DNA of 64,000 bases from Ginglymostoma cirratum (lineage: Eukaryota): NCBI GenBank assembly GCA_024137785.1, contig JAHRHZ010000016.1, positions 44,260,351 to 44,324,350 of the forward strand. Direction: 5' to 3'. A model generated the notes under the pieces. It made no database searches and was not told where the DNA came from. It worked only from the letters and a program-made list of their open reading frames with translations. Positions 26,997-40,400 of the stretch are shown in pieces. Position 1 is the stretch's first letter, and every line of letters starts with the position of its first letter. A program made the position numbers and the translations under genes.

Positions 26997-28133
26997 TTAA
27001 TGACTAAACTGCTACAATGATCTGACTTCTCAGGATTAGAAAGCGGAGTTTTTGTAGTCTCAAGAAGTGATACAAAAATATTCTTGCAATGTAAGTGTTG
27101 CTGAGGAGCATACAGGAGGCCCAAGAGAGAGGACTGCACAAGGTACAAAACACTTGTATCTTCAAATTGTTTCACAATGACAAGGATTCCAAATATTGAG
27201 GCATTTGTGAAAATCAAATTCAAAACTAGAAGGGTTCCAAGATATCAGTGACATTTCAACTGCTAGCCAGCCATAATGATGTCAATATGTGAAAACCTCT
27301 ACCAAAAATGTAGATGTGTCTTTACAAATCATTGTTACGGGGTTTGCTTATGGTAAAAGTCCATATAGGGAAACATTATTTGTTAGCTGTTCTGTATATG
27401 CGGCCATATAGTAGTACATACTACACTGAATTGTAATTATTATTGACCACTGGCTGTGTCACTTTCGGCTCTCTCTCCCAAAGTTAGGCACAACTAACTT
27501 AAGTAAACAGGAACCTTTGATGTAAATTTGCTACAATGCTCAAATTGATGGTGCTTGTCAATAAAATTTTCCAGCAAATTCTGGGCCATTGCATCATAAA
27601 ATGTGAAAGTATATGTGCAAAGTATTCATCATCTTACAAAATTGATGCAAGGCAGGCAGTAGTCTTTAAGTTAAATGGGCATGCAGGTCATAAGGTTCCA
27701 TAATAAAAAGGAGGGGCAGCATGATGATCAAATCCGAGTGTTTGCATTGTTCCTATTTGGAATGGACACTTCAGGAATGCTATGTCGATTTGGGATGATT
27801 TGGGGGGAGGGGGTATGGAATTTTGTTTCTGCAGTAAAACCCTCTTTCTTCCATACGGCCATCTGTTCCCTATTAATAGTTGTTTTAATCATCAACCTTT
27901 CCTGATGTAAAGTTATCATGGCTGCAAGTTGTGTCTAGGCTATCTCTGGGTTATATCCGAAGGGGGTTTGGTCTGGTCCATAGCACTAATAAAACATCCC
28001 TTAGCTTTCATTTCAGAAATCAGCCTAGTGGGCCTTCTCGGAATTGATTCCAATACAAATATATTCAAGTAAAAAGAGACCACAACTGGATGTATAGTGC
28101 TCCAAGTGCATTTCTATCAATACTTTGTACAAT

Positions 28134-28566
28134 GATGTTGCCTGGTATGGAGGGAAGGTCTTATGGAGGAAAGGCTGAGGGACTTGAGGCTGTTTTTGTT
28201 AGAGAGAAGAAGGTTAAGAGGTGACTTGAGACATACAAGATGATCAGAGGATTAGATAGGGTGGACAGTGAGAGCCTTTTTCCTCGGATGGTGACAGCTA
28301 GCACGAGCGGTTATAGCTTTAAATTGAAGGGTGATAGATATAGGACAGATGACCGGGAGGTTCTTTACTCAGTAGTAAAGGCGTGGAATGCCCTGCCTAC
28401 AACAGTAGTAGACTCGCCAACTTTAAGAGCATTTAAATGATCGTTGGATAAACATATGAACGATAAGGGAATAGTGTAGGTTAGATGGGCTTCAGATTGG
28501 TTTCACAGGTCGGCGCAACATCAGGGGCCCAAAGACCTGTACTGCGCTGTAATATTCTATGTTCTA
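28134..28566 (+). mobile_element. CR1/HER1-like LINE 3' fragment
   Basis: Peptides MIRGLDRVDSESLFPR and AWNALP; tail ttctatgttcta. Confidence 0.85.
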
Positions 28567-28810
28567 ATGTAGCGTGACTTCCCTATATTTATACTGCATC
28601 CTCTTGCAACTCCTGTTCCTACCATTTATGTAGTTATTTTAACTTTGTTAAATCAGACATTTCAATTTGGCAGCCTCCTAAATGAGCCAAACCCTTAATG
28701 AGGATGCCAATTGCGAGGAATTATTGACCCAAGTCCAAGCTGTACACTTATGTCAGAGACCAAGAACTTTGTGATCCCTGGCACATCTGGCAGAAATCAG
28801 TTCCACTGAC

Positions 28811-28942
28811 CGACTTGGTGTGTTCTGGTCGTGGTGCTATCACTGGCGGTGGCATGTTGTCATCATCATCGTCATCATCATCTTCATCATCGTCCTCTGA
28901 CACGGGTGGTACAATTGGTGGTTCCGATGCAATCTTTGTGTT
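28811..28942 (-). CDS. PAK3: PAK3 coding exon 5 (acidic tract and PIX-binding motif)
   Basis: tttgtcatag| [44 protein letters not shown] |GTCAGT. 132 nt; [14 protein letters not shown] is the PIX SH3-binding motif. Confidence 0.95.
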
Positions 28943-31593
28943 CTATGACAAAGAGGTTAAGAGGTTTTAAAATTTCCTTTTCATTTAATGAGAACAAATC
29001 ATCAATAGCTACGATTAAAAACCACAGCACCTCGTGCTTGCTGCAAGCATTGTGTATTTGAGACGGAAGAGGATTAAATGTTAACCTCCACTTTCCTGAT
29101 CCTTTATTTCACACAGGGTGTGAATGTGGAGCAATTCAATAGCCTCAGTGCTAAAGTAATCTTCAACTGTAAACATTTGATGAGAGAATGTGGATCTGGA
29201 GAATGTTTTTTCAAAGAAGTTGGTTTATTTAATACTTCCAAACCTTACTCCTGTATGAGCTGCAATGTCATGCCGATTGAGTTAGGCTTATGGAACCATT
29301 CCTTTCTTATATCATTAGCTAAATGTGAGAAAAGTCTAAACATATTTAAAAAAAGTGGCCATCCTGTTAATACCAACAAGTAATTTTTCAGATTGGACTG
29401 AGTTGTACAGGGAAAAGCAAATGAAACAAGATGCTTGAAAATGGATAGACCTGGTTCATTGTTGCACCTTGAAAAGATTAGATTTCTGAAGTACTGATTG
29501 TTTCTCGCTTCAAGCTTGTTTCCTATTCTCATCAGTACTCACTTTATCAGTGAGTCTTACAGGCAACAAGTAAAGCCCAGCAACAAAATAAAAGGGCAGG
29601 AAACTTCTGTTGAAACATTGAAGTAAAAATTCTTCACAAGAGTTTGCTTTTGCTCAAGATTTTAGCAGGATAGCTCCTTCTAGCTTTTCTTTAAAAAAAT
29701 CCCTATTTTAAGCAGAATCCTTATTGCATGTTATTCTCTCCACTCCTACAAATCAATGTTCAGACACAACTAAAGGAGAGAGGCCTCACTTTCACTTAGC
29801 TTTATCCTGTTCGCAGCTGTTTTGCAAAGAAACAGCATGTCACCAGTTGGTTGCAGTGCTGCTGGTCCTCAACTCAAATCCCCACCCCCTCTTCACATCA
29901 CAGTCCTGTATATCAAATACCTTGTGTGTGAGAGAAAGACAATAAAATGGTTTGGGGAGGGAGAGAAGGAGGAACAAGATTGAGTCCTTTCCATCTCCGT
30001 ATAACACAACATTTTCGTTGCCAATGTACAATTTACTGTTTCAAATGACAGACTGTAAAATAATGGAGTATCTACTGAATCAATAAATTTATCAAGTTCA
30101 TTGATTTTAGTACCAAATGCATCATTACTCTCGCTTAGTGACAGAGTATTATTGTACTCACCTATGCTTTTATGTGGTAAACTCTAAGAAAATAGCTGAA
30201 ATATAACAAAATCACAACTATTCATTGTGTCTATACTTGAGAGAGAAAGGTATGGATAGCAGAAAGAAAAAATAAATGCACTGAAAATTTTGAAGAATGG
30301 AAGGTGGAGACAGATATGCTACTGGGAGAGAGACTTGAATATCTCAAGGCATGAATGTCAAACAAAAGCAGAGCTAATGGATATTTCAGGTGAAGAATTA
30401 ACCCAAGCAAGAAAATCAATTGGAATTTAAAAAAATTGAAATGCAAAAGGAAAGATTTTAGTCACCCCTCTAAATATCTTCATTGTTTTCTATTTTGTTT
30501 GATTATGATCATAAATGAAAACTTTAGGAGTTGAAAGGGCAAATGAAACAGCCCATACATTCAAGGAAGGTGGTTTCCAGGTAGAAAGAGCTTCAACGGC
30601 CCCCAACCTGGGTCTATTCACTGCATTCAGGGATGTATAAATATACAGTGACACTGACCTCAGGGTGGGCAGTACAGGAACTGTTGTTCAAGGATCTTAT
30701 CAGCGTAACTGGGCCCACATTCCTGAGGAGAACATCAGACTTACTTCACTTTGACTAGTTTCTGCACTCGTTATGTAATGTATTCAATTTTGTGTTCCTT
30801 TATGTCTCCTTAAGACATTACAGATAGGAAATATGCCCTACGTCTAATATCTCATTTGCCTGCAAGTGTAATTGCCTGTCCCCATTAGGCAGTGGCTGGT
30901 ATTTGCAACAAATGATGCCAGTATCACATGAAACAGGGGAAGGGAGTGGCTGCTTTTCTGATTATGACCGTACCTAGAATCTACTCTATTTCACTGAACC
31001 ATGTGCAATCACATATCTGAGGTTTATGCAGACTATTGATTGTACGTTCCTAGGTCTGGGATGAGGGATGCAAAAGGGAAATGCCAGAATCTAAGGCCTT
31101 CCTACCACAATATACAGAGCGGCTGCTGCTGTGTGCAGAGTATCTTTGGTATGTAAATATACACTTAATTTGTAGATATAGGTTACAGATGTATCCTCTT
31201 GTCGAACTTGTACTGAGACACCTCAGAGCACTGAAAGCAATTAAACAGTCAAAAATGTCAAATGATGCCTATTTTGAATCATGATGTAAAGTCATTTTTA
31301 CAGATTTAATGAATACCATATACTCTTGGAGGGGAAAAAAAAAACAGGAATTGGAGTTCAAAAGATTGTAGTCTTTTAAGGTTTACTCTAATGAATAATT
31401 ACCTTTAAAAATTGAAATACTATTAGCTTAATCACAAGGAATGTGGTATTGAATGAGTAATGTACCTGCACATAGCCTGAATTGTACCCAATAGAATTTT
31501 CCACTCTAATATTTTGTTTAATATGAAAAATACATTCGATGACTTCTGAATAAAGTTAAAGTTAATTTGACTGCAAGGCAGGAAAATGAATAA

Positions 31594-32215
31594 GAGATAA
31601 CACAGTGTGGAGCTGGAGGAACACAGCAGGCTAGGCAGCATCAAAAGAGCAGGAAATTTGACGTTTCGGATTGGGACCCTTCTTCAGAAGTGGGGAGAGA
31701 GAAGGGAGCTCATAAATAAATAGAGAAAGGGGAAGGTAGGTGGGATGGTGATAGATGAGTGCAGGTAGGGAGTGGTAGAGATTGACCAATGAGGTGGGAG
31801 AGATGATGATGAGGTTGTGTCAGGTCAAGGAGGCAGGGATGAGAGGGAGGGTTGGACATAGGATGAGGCCAGGGGTGGGGAGATTTTAAAGCTGGTGAAA
31901 TCCATGTTTAGGCCACTAGGCTGTAGGCTCCAGAGAGGGAATAGGAGGTGCTGCTCCTCCAGTTTGCAGGTGGCATCATTGTGACACTGGAGGAAGCCCA
32001 GGATGGGCATGTCACCCAGGGACTGGGAGGGGGAGTTGAAATGGCTCACAACTGGAAGGTGTTGTTGTTTAATCATGTACAGAGCACAGATGCTCTACAA
32101 AAACGGTCGCCGAGCCTCCACATGGCCTCACTGATGTACAGGAGGCCACATCAGGCGCAGTGGATACAGTAGACCAAGTTGACAGATGTGCAGGTGAACC
32201 CCTGTCTAATGTGGA
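31594..32215 (-). mobile_element. 5'-truncated Penelope-like retroelement with decayed GIY-YIG endonuclease, 14-bp TSD
   Basis: Minus strand encodes FTCTSVNLVYCIHCA*CGLLYISEAMWRLGDRFVEH and HFNSPSQ...EEQHLLFPLWSLQPSGLN (GIY-YIG-like), then a pyrimidine tract and terminal repeat. TSD AGGAAAATGAATAA at 31580-31593 and 32216-32229. Confidence 0.88.
31657..31690 (-). ncRNA. Minimal hammerhead-like motif, sense to the PAK3 pre-mRNA
   Basis: ctt CTGAAGA A GGGT ccca ATCC GAAAC GTC aaa. Confidence 0.6.
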
Positions 32216-32611
32216 AGGAAAATGAATAAAGCTGCTTTAATGGCAAACACCCTTGGATATGTCAAGTGTGGACCACTGAAAATCTTCACTGCAGGAAAAA
32301 TAGAACAATCCTCTACCCACTGTTTTTAAAATTGAAAATCCTGGCAGGTCTAAAATGAAAATGACTCAACTGTCAAACCTGATTCTAGTCACAATTAAAA
32401 AATGTGAAGCATCAGAAAGATTAGCACAGTGGCGGAGTGATTCTACACTAGTGTAGTGCTTCACTAATTTGAGACAATTCAGCAACCAAAGTAAAGCTTT
32501 GGAGGTAATCCTCTGTTGTAAACTCCAGGCCAACCATTCAATTCTAAAATAAGCCCTTGCCTTGGAAGGCCAGGACTGCAAGGCAAATACCTAGCCAGAC
32601 ACATTTTCTGC

Positions 32612-32727
32612 ATTCTCATGAAAAGGGTCACCAAACTAGAACGTCAACTATCATTCTCTCCACACATGCTGCCTGACCCAAGTACATCAAGCATTTTCTG
32701 CATTTATTGCAATTTTCTAGCATCCAT
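32612..32727 (+). mobile_element. Degenerate PLE-type terminus
   Basis: ttctcatgaaaagggtcaccaaactagaacgtcaac...atgctgcctgacc...gcattttctg...ttctagcatc. Confidence 0.5.
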
Positions 32728-35043
32728 AGTACGTGGTTAATGCACTGTGTATGACTTTTGTGAAGTTTCAAGTATCAATTAAATTCTTTGGACATTATGC
32801 TATTTCTTAAAAATTAAAGATGGAAGGATTTCTCAAAAAGTCTACGATCAGCACCTAGCACACCTAGGTGTGCAACACCCAATCTTGAAAGAAGAATCCA
32901 TAACTGCTGTACAAGATTTATAGGATAGGTCATGGAACAGCTACAGATCAAGGGGTCAATCAGCAAGGTCTGCATTGTCCATCTGGAGGAGCAATTTGAC
33001 GAATGCCAATACACCATCTGCCCAAAGGCCGGCAATTTTTTTTGAACTTTTGAGATAATGTTCCAATTCCCTTTTCAAAACTTCCTTTGATCTTCCCTCC
33101 TTCACACTGTCAGGCGGTGCAATCCAGATTGTTAACTATTCACGGCATGATAAAGACTTTCCTCTTGTCACCATTGTTCCTTTTGTCAATTATCTTAAAA
33201 TCTGTGCCTTCTGCTTCTCAATCCTTCCACCAACTGGACCAGTTTCTATATCTACTCTGTCCAGTGACCTCTCAATATTGAATACTTCTACTAAATCTAT
33301 TTTCAACCTTCTCTTTCCCAAATAATTTTATGGAGAAAACCTAAAGATACAAAAGCCAGGAGAACAATGAAGGAAAGAAAAGAACTGAGTAACACCCAAG
33401 TTTAGAATGAATAAAAGGCACACAATGGTAGGTGCTGCACTTTATAATTGAAAATGCACATTTAAATGATCCCATGGTGCTCATCGCAATACCACTAACC
33501 AAGTTTCTACTTGCATTTATAGTTCCACATTCAACTTGGAAAGAATAAAATTGCCTTTCCTCAAAAGATTTCTGTCTTTTCATTGTGGTGATTGAGGGAG
33601 GAAAAAAAGATAGATATGTTCAAAAAGAACATCTAATTTTAACCTCCAGCACCCAAAAAGAAAGGGACATGCAAAGGGTTCAAATACTCCTGGCATTTCA
33701 ATAACATACTGATTCTCATTGATCATGCCCCCCACACCGTTTTAGTTGGACACTTCTGGCCAGAATGAGCAGAAAGGCTGCTCTCACCTCCACAAAAGGA
33801 GCTCAAGACTCTCGATTTGGCTCTCTCCAACATTATTGATTACCATGGGACCAATCTCTTCACGTTGCCCAGCTTCCCCCAACACCAAGTGGAAGTTGGT
33901 CGTGACTTATTTAAATCCAATCCCCAGACTTAAAATGGCTTGAGCTGATTGCTTGCTCTGTTCAGCCCATAATCACAGTAATTCACCTTCACTTTAACCT
34001 AAGGGCTGGTGAGATATACACAGTTGAGGAAATCCTCTTGGTCTTCGTTCATGGCATTGTGACATACAATGTGCAAAGGAAAACTCAATGCATCACTTCT
34101 TGGAAATGAAAGACTTTTCCAGTCTTTTGATTTTTGAGCACTTGTGGCCAGGTAATGGACGAGTTACATGTGAATGTTATGGAGGTGACATCCACTGGTG
34201 AAACAGCAGGTGAAAGCCCCGCGCCAACTCCTTTCAGAAAATGTCTACTAGACCTCATTCCACTCAAGCAGTTGATAGACTAGTGGAGTGCTTCCCTTTG
34301 GCCTCAGTACGCTTGTGACTTGCTGAAAGCTGTCAGCTCTACTGATTGGCAGTCTCACCAAGGAAGCAGTGGTCATTATGAGTAAGGCATCCAGTCTAAG
34401 CCTGGGATCACCATTTGTTCCCAGGCCACAAGCAAGAGGGGGTTGGCAGCAAGCAAAAAAGGGATGAATTCACTTAGTACCTGATCTACAGATTCAGAAC
34501 CTGAAATAGCACGTCTGCCCCTATCCCTACCAGCCACCATTGCTTTAGTTTAAACAAAACCCTTTTCCCACTGTCATCATCCCAGGTAATTATTGCTGTA
34601 TTACTGAAGTTTTTCACTAATGTGTTTCTCCTTTTACATGCAGCAAGAGAAGTCAAAAAATGATCTCTTGGGATCATTAATGTTGACAGAATGGTTAACA
34701 GTGTACTCTAATTGTTCGAGATGTATCAGTATTCTTTCCAGTACTCAGTTTGTTACCAGTGTTTCTGACTGTCTACCAGTATTGTCTCGTTTAACATGCT
34801 AAAGATTACCAGTTCAGTGAGTTTACCAGAAAGCTGCAGTTGGCCAAAAAAAAAAAGTGGTCATGGGAGGAAGAGGGAAGAACAAGACAACATGAAATTA
34901 AAGATATTTTGAAACAAAGTCTGTAAACTTCAAAGCATAAAAGAAGTTCTATAGACAGCATGATTAATCTGAAGACTTCCACACCTTGTTTGAAAGAGAA
35001 TTGGTTAGGAGTCTGTCAAGCAACCTGTTGCTTTCATACTCAC

Positions 35044-35081
35044 CAGAGCATTTGCTGCTACGTATCCATCAGCTGGTTTAT
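35044..35081 (-). CDS. PAK3: PAK3 coding exon 4 (38-nt small exon)
   Basis: cctttgcag|AT AAA CCA GCT GAT GGA TAC GTA GCA GCA AAT GCT CTG|GTGAGT gives (D)KPADGYVAANAL. Phase 1 to 0 bridges exons 3 and 5 exactly; resembles PAK3 DKSAHGYIAAHPS. Confidence 0.9.
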
Positions 35082-37249
35082 CTGCAAAGGTTAAAATACA
35101 TAGCATATGTATTTTATGCAAGAAGCATAACATTTTTTCCAAAGAGATTTAATATGCAAATTATTCAATATTTTGACAGTAGATTTGATTTTTTAAACCA
35201 ACAAAAGAAAGTGTTTTTGGATTTAGAAGTTGTAACTTGGCCCAAAGTCCATCTCTTTTTAGTTGATCTCAAATTTTATCTTTGTCCAACACGTCTACTT
35301 GTCTCTGAACTTGTGTATAAATCTCCTTCAATGGATTTCCTTAAAGGATTCTAGAACCCTTAGCATAAGAAGAAAGAATCACTTTCTTGGTCCCAGTTAA
35401 CTCATTTTAAAATTTGTATCCCCTGAGATGTGAACTTTGTCTGATCAATATTTATTACCTTCACAAATCATGAAAAACTTTTGACATTGATGTCAATAAC
35501 ACTGTCAATCTCTCGAGAGTGAGTGGAAACCAATTCTCATGTCAGATACTCTTCTTATTACGTGACTTATTCCACACAACTACCTTGTTCGATGATAGAG
35601 GCAATATTTTCCCACCCAAGCTTAGAACAAAAATAACCTGTGTACACTTGAAATAAACCAACTTGAAGCTACTATTATGGTTTTGGGTTGGGACTGATGG
35701 TAGGGGAGGCACATGTCTAATACTGTGCAGATTCATTTGTCTACACTGAACAATGTAGTTTAGACTTTATTTTAGGATCAAAAACTGAGTTTTAAAATGT
35801 GAAAAAAGATTAGAAGTTAAGCCAGAGGGGGTCAGCTATTTGATTTTTCCAAAATATGTAGTATTTCCAAATAGAAAGGAACTGCAATACATTATCAATA
35901 AAACTATGAAAATCCTGAGGGAATGTTCTGTGGATAAGTTCTAATGTGCTAGTCTCCCTTTAATTGTTTCAAACCTTTACATCTTAAGTAATTGGTTCAT
36001 ATTGGGTTACAGTTTCACCAGTTTTGACAGCCCTCCAGTATCACGTTCAAATGGCTGTTCTTAATGTATAAATCTTAGCAGAAAGTGACAACACTTGTGA
36101 ATACTATCCAGCTCAGGCCTTTTTCTTCATCTGATAGTATGTTTGTGACTCTTTCTAGCTCAGATCACTGGCGAATAATTAACAACAGGAAACTAGGCCA
36201 TTTTTTCCACTCCCGAGTTGAGGGATGCTAAGGCCAATAACACAGTGCTTTCATAATCTTCTCAATTGAAATCACCTAATTCATCAAACCATGTGCTTTA
36301 CTTGTCGGAGCCATTAGTAACCCATGTCTTCAGCTGCCTATGGCTTAAGCTCTACAATTCCTTTCCCAAATCTCTCAACCTCTCACACCTGCTTTAATAT
36401 GCTAATGAAGATGTTTCTTTGAACATGATTATGGTCCTGTGCTGTTATCTTCATAAGAAACTTGATGTCAAATTTGATAATGCTCTTGCGATATTTTACA
36501 ACACTGCTAGCACTAGATAAGTGAAAGTTGTGTCACTGCTTTGAATCATAGAGGGGGTGTTTAACAATGGAATAATCTGTTGCAAAATATGATCTAGCTT
36601 CACAGGACACAAAACTTGGCACAATTGAAAATGAATCCAAAGATGTAATAATGAAGATGCGCTGAATCTTCCACTACCTCCAGCAGACAATTTTTGGATG
36701 CTACATATAAATTTTCCAACACATACTACCATTTGAGAATCTTCCTTGCAGTCTGTGCCTCTTTGGGAAATTTGCCCTTAACTTAACCTTGATGTCAATC
36801 ACCTTTAGTTGCCTTACAAACATTTATCAGGTTACCACCACCAGGTTAAATAGTCTGATGAAAAGAGCAACTAACAAGAGATTGGACAGACTGACCAGGA
36901 ACACTCAGCACAACGTGCCAGGTAGCAACCACATTAACCATCGACATTCATCTGCCACCAGTCAAATGAAGGATCGATCAAGTGTAGTTGTGCTAAATTG
37001 CATCTATACTCCCAGCCAGAAATCTGACACCTATTCCACCACCCACAGAATATTTTCATATGACAGGTAATTGTTTAATTATCACCTAAAATTAAAAAGG
37101 AATGATTGGTTAATTGCCACATTCAAATGCAAATCTCCAACTTTCAAAACAGTTCCATGGTATCTTTCAAGTCTCCTGCAAGGAAAGTTTAGTGCATACC
37201 ATTAAAGTCTACTGTGGGCAGTAAGAAACACACAGAGGCTGGCTTCCAT

Positions 37250-37485
37250 GCGACAAGAACAGACATTGCTGGAAGAGCTCAACAGGTCTGGCAGCATCTA
37301 TGAAGAAAAATTAGAGTTAATGTAGCGGGTCCAGCGACTGTTGCTCAGAACTGTGTGAAGGTTCTGAGGAAGGGTCACCGGACCCAAAATCTTAACTGAT
37401 TTTTCTTCACAGATACTGCCAGACCTGCTATTCTTCTCCAGCAACTTCTGTTTTTGTTCCTGATTTACAGCATCCGCAGTTTTTT
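37250..37485. mobile_element. Inverted pair of PLE-type termini (second family) with tail and probable 10-bp TSD
   Basis: Arms at about 37256-37351 and 37361-37456 are imperfect reverse complements. Core gttCTGAGGA A GGGTC accg GACCC aaaatcttaac. TGGCTTCCAT at 37240-37249 and 37486-37495. Confidence 0.7.
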
Positions 37486-40400
37486 TGGCTTCCATTGCAC
37501 ATTGGAGGTGCCACATTTGAACTTTTAGCTGATTTAGCTCCCCAAAAATTGAGAATTAGTTCAAACTCATGGTTTAAAACTTTATTATACAGACTCCTTC
37601 CAGTGATTCAGATGCATCTTGACTTTATGCTCACATCATAGAAATCTGAGCCCCACATTTAAACTAGGACAGCACATGGGCAGGGAAGCATAAACAGTAT
37701 ACTAGGTGCTCACAGAAAACAGCAATAATATTGTGGCTACCCAGGAACTAACTTTCCCTCCAAAGGTTGCAATGGAGACCAACAATCTAATCCACACAGC
37801 TTGCACCTCAAAGACTGCAAGGGAATCCGATGGATATGGCCCTTCCCCCACACTGCAAGGGAATTCTATGCTCATTGTCCTCCCCTGAAACACGTGCACA
37901 TGCAACGACCCCCTACCTGTAACCATAATTGATCTGAAGCACCCCTAGCAACACACCACCAAGTTAGAAACATTTTGTATACACATTGACCTTTATAGAT
38001 CCAGCATGCCATGAACAAAATGTTAGCAGGATGCAAATCATATCGATTGTGCAGATTCAATACAGATCATCTACGCATAGAACTTTCTGGCAGGTTGCAA
38101 TGTCTGATCCCACATATCCACTGAGATTGTTTTTCTCTATGGACGCGAGCTGAGTTTTCACCAACCCCCAACCCCCAGAAAATCTGAACCCAAACTTTAA
38201 TTCTTCAAATTGGCTTGCAGGGGTCACGATTGGATCAGTCTGCATCAGGGCTGTCAAATTGGCACTCATCCCTAGGGATTCCCTTCTGCCTTTTAATTAA
38301 AAAAAAATCATCGTAACCTACTTCCCAACTATCTACCAGTTATTTTCAAGTCAATGTTATAGATTCAAAAATCAAGCAACCAACCAGTTATCTCTGTGCA
38401 CTTGTACTGCTTTAGAAGGGGTACCATCAGTGAATAGACTGCTGCAATAAAATTCAAACAGCTTTTAAATGAAATGTGATTGGAATGAGAGGTTACAGAA
38501 AGTCTCATACAAAGTATATAAAACTTTATATCAATATTGTATTGATTACTTATTTCAATAAAGACAAAATGACTTTAAAAAAAACACTTCAAGGGACTGG
38601 GGGAGCTGGGAAAAAAGAAAAAAAAAATCAGGAATTTGACCTTGGTCTCGGAGTTACCAATAAAATTTGTACTTCATGATAAATTGCAATTTGAATAGAA
38701 TTACAAACCACAGCAGTTTGGTCTGAAAGTAGTAATAACTTCATAAAGATGTATTTAGTGATGTTCTTGCTTTTAAAGCAAATAACAAAGATGTAAATCA
38801 CATCAAAACTGCTGCAATATCCCTTATGACTGGTATCATTATAGTGAAAATGTAACAGGTTTCCTTTGCCTCAAAGATTCACCCTTTACTGACCTTAAAT
38901 GGTTTCAAAATAAAACTACAACTGATGTCGGACATTGAAAACACTTCAACTTAAGGAACCAGTTTATTCTTTGGTAATCTAGCATTTAAATTAATATGTT
39001 CCAAACACTGTCATAGAATGCAACAAATTCAACCTCTAAGGGGCTGCCACTATTATGCGTTCACCTATGCTGTAGCTCCCCAAACATAGCCATACTGCAG
39101 CAAAAAAGGTCAAATGCTAATCTCTCAATTAAAACAAATCCAAGAGAACAGACAAGGAAATTCAGGTTGCAATTAAATCTTATTGTGCTATCTGGCCAAA
39201 TTTGCCTCATTGGGGTTGGTATTTCTCAAAAATGTACCATATTTAATCAATATGAATTAAAAATTTTAAATGAGCTCTTTCAATGCATTAACTCATTTAA
39301 AAGATTTAAAGCTGCATAGTCAAGCAGTAATGACAATATTTTGACCTACTTTTATGCCTCATTTGTGATGAAATGCAATTAAACTACTACGTGCAACTTA
39401 CTTCCAAGTCATGACTATCCATCACCCTGATTATGACTGCCAGCTATAGTTCCATACATTGCTTGGTTTTACTGTATATTTATACTCATTGCAGAGAACC
39501 CAAATAAAATGCAGTGCATTATTTCTTGATTTAAGCTTTTCTCCCTGTCATGTCATTCTGACATGCAGACAGACCACTTTGCAGCTCAATTATAAGAAAA
39601 TGAAAGTGCTTAAGTGTAAAAAGGAAGGGATCTGCAAGCTGATGAAATAACAATGCCTTCACAGCAGGTACAAATGCACAATGATGGCCACAGATGCTAC
39701 TTGGAAGGAGGGGAGTCATTGAGACTTTGGCCAATATAAAAATCAGATGTTTGTTAAGCGTCTCTCCTGATTTTAATGACGTCAGTAGAAATGAAAAAAA
39801 ACAGGAGAGCTATGTAATGGGTGGCTGATCCAACAACTCCCATTACTGGCCAAAGCTAAAATTATTCCAAGGATCTGAGTTTAGGAAATGAAGGGGTTGC
39901 AGGCCTTTGAGAACACAAATTCTTCATGTCAAGTGATATAGCAGTGTAGCATTTTGGAGCACCAACATGTGATACTATTAATCTTGTAAGGGAATGAAAG
40001 TGCCTGTCTCCTACTTCTCTGAATCCCTCAATTTCCTTCTACAAAGTGGAACCTCGAGAAGTGGGAAGGGGTGGGGGGGGCAGGGGTTTAGCAGAGAAAC
40101 AAGCAGTGAAGTGAAGTCATTGTAGCACTCTTAAAATACCTCTTACTGGTTGGTAAAAGAGTGGCACAGAGGGAAGCCTGGGAGCAGTATGAATATCTCA
40201 CCATCGCAGCAAAAAGATAGAGAAAGAAACAACAATAACAATTATGGAATAATACAATGGCTGAATTTATACTCTTCACTAACTTTAGCAAAAATGTAAT
40301 TGCAAGCATAAAGTAGTGGAATATTGCTTTACGCTTATATCTACTTCACTGACATTTGTAAGCATCATCAGAAAATAGTGTCTGTACACCTGATTCAGAT

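Noticed and set aside
28831-29061. Plus-strand His-rich ORF
   Set aside because: Antisense reading of the PAK3 Asp-rich exon.
32602-32704. 13-bp direct repeat CATTTTCTGCATT as a TSD
   Set aside because: The second copy overlaps element-internal sequence and the element continues past it, so it is ambiguous.
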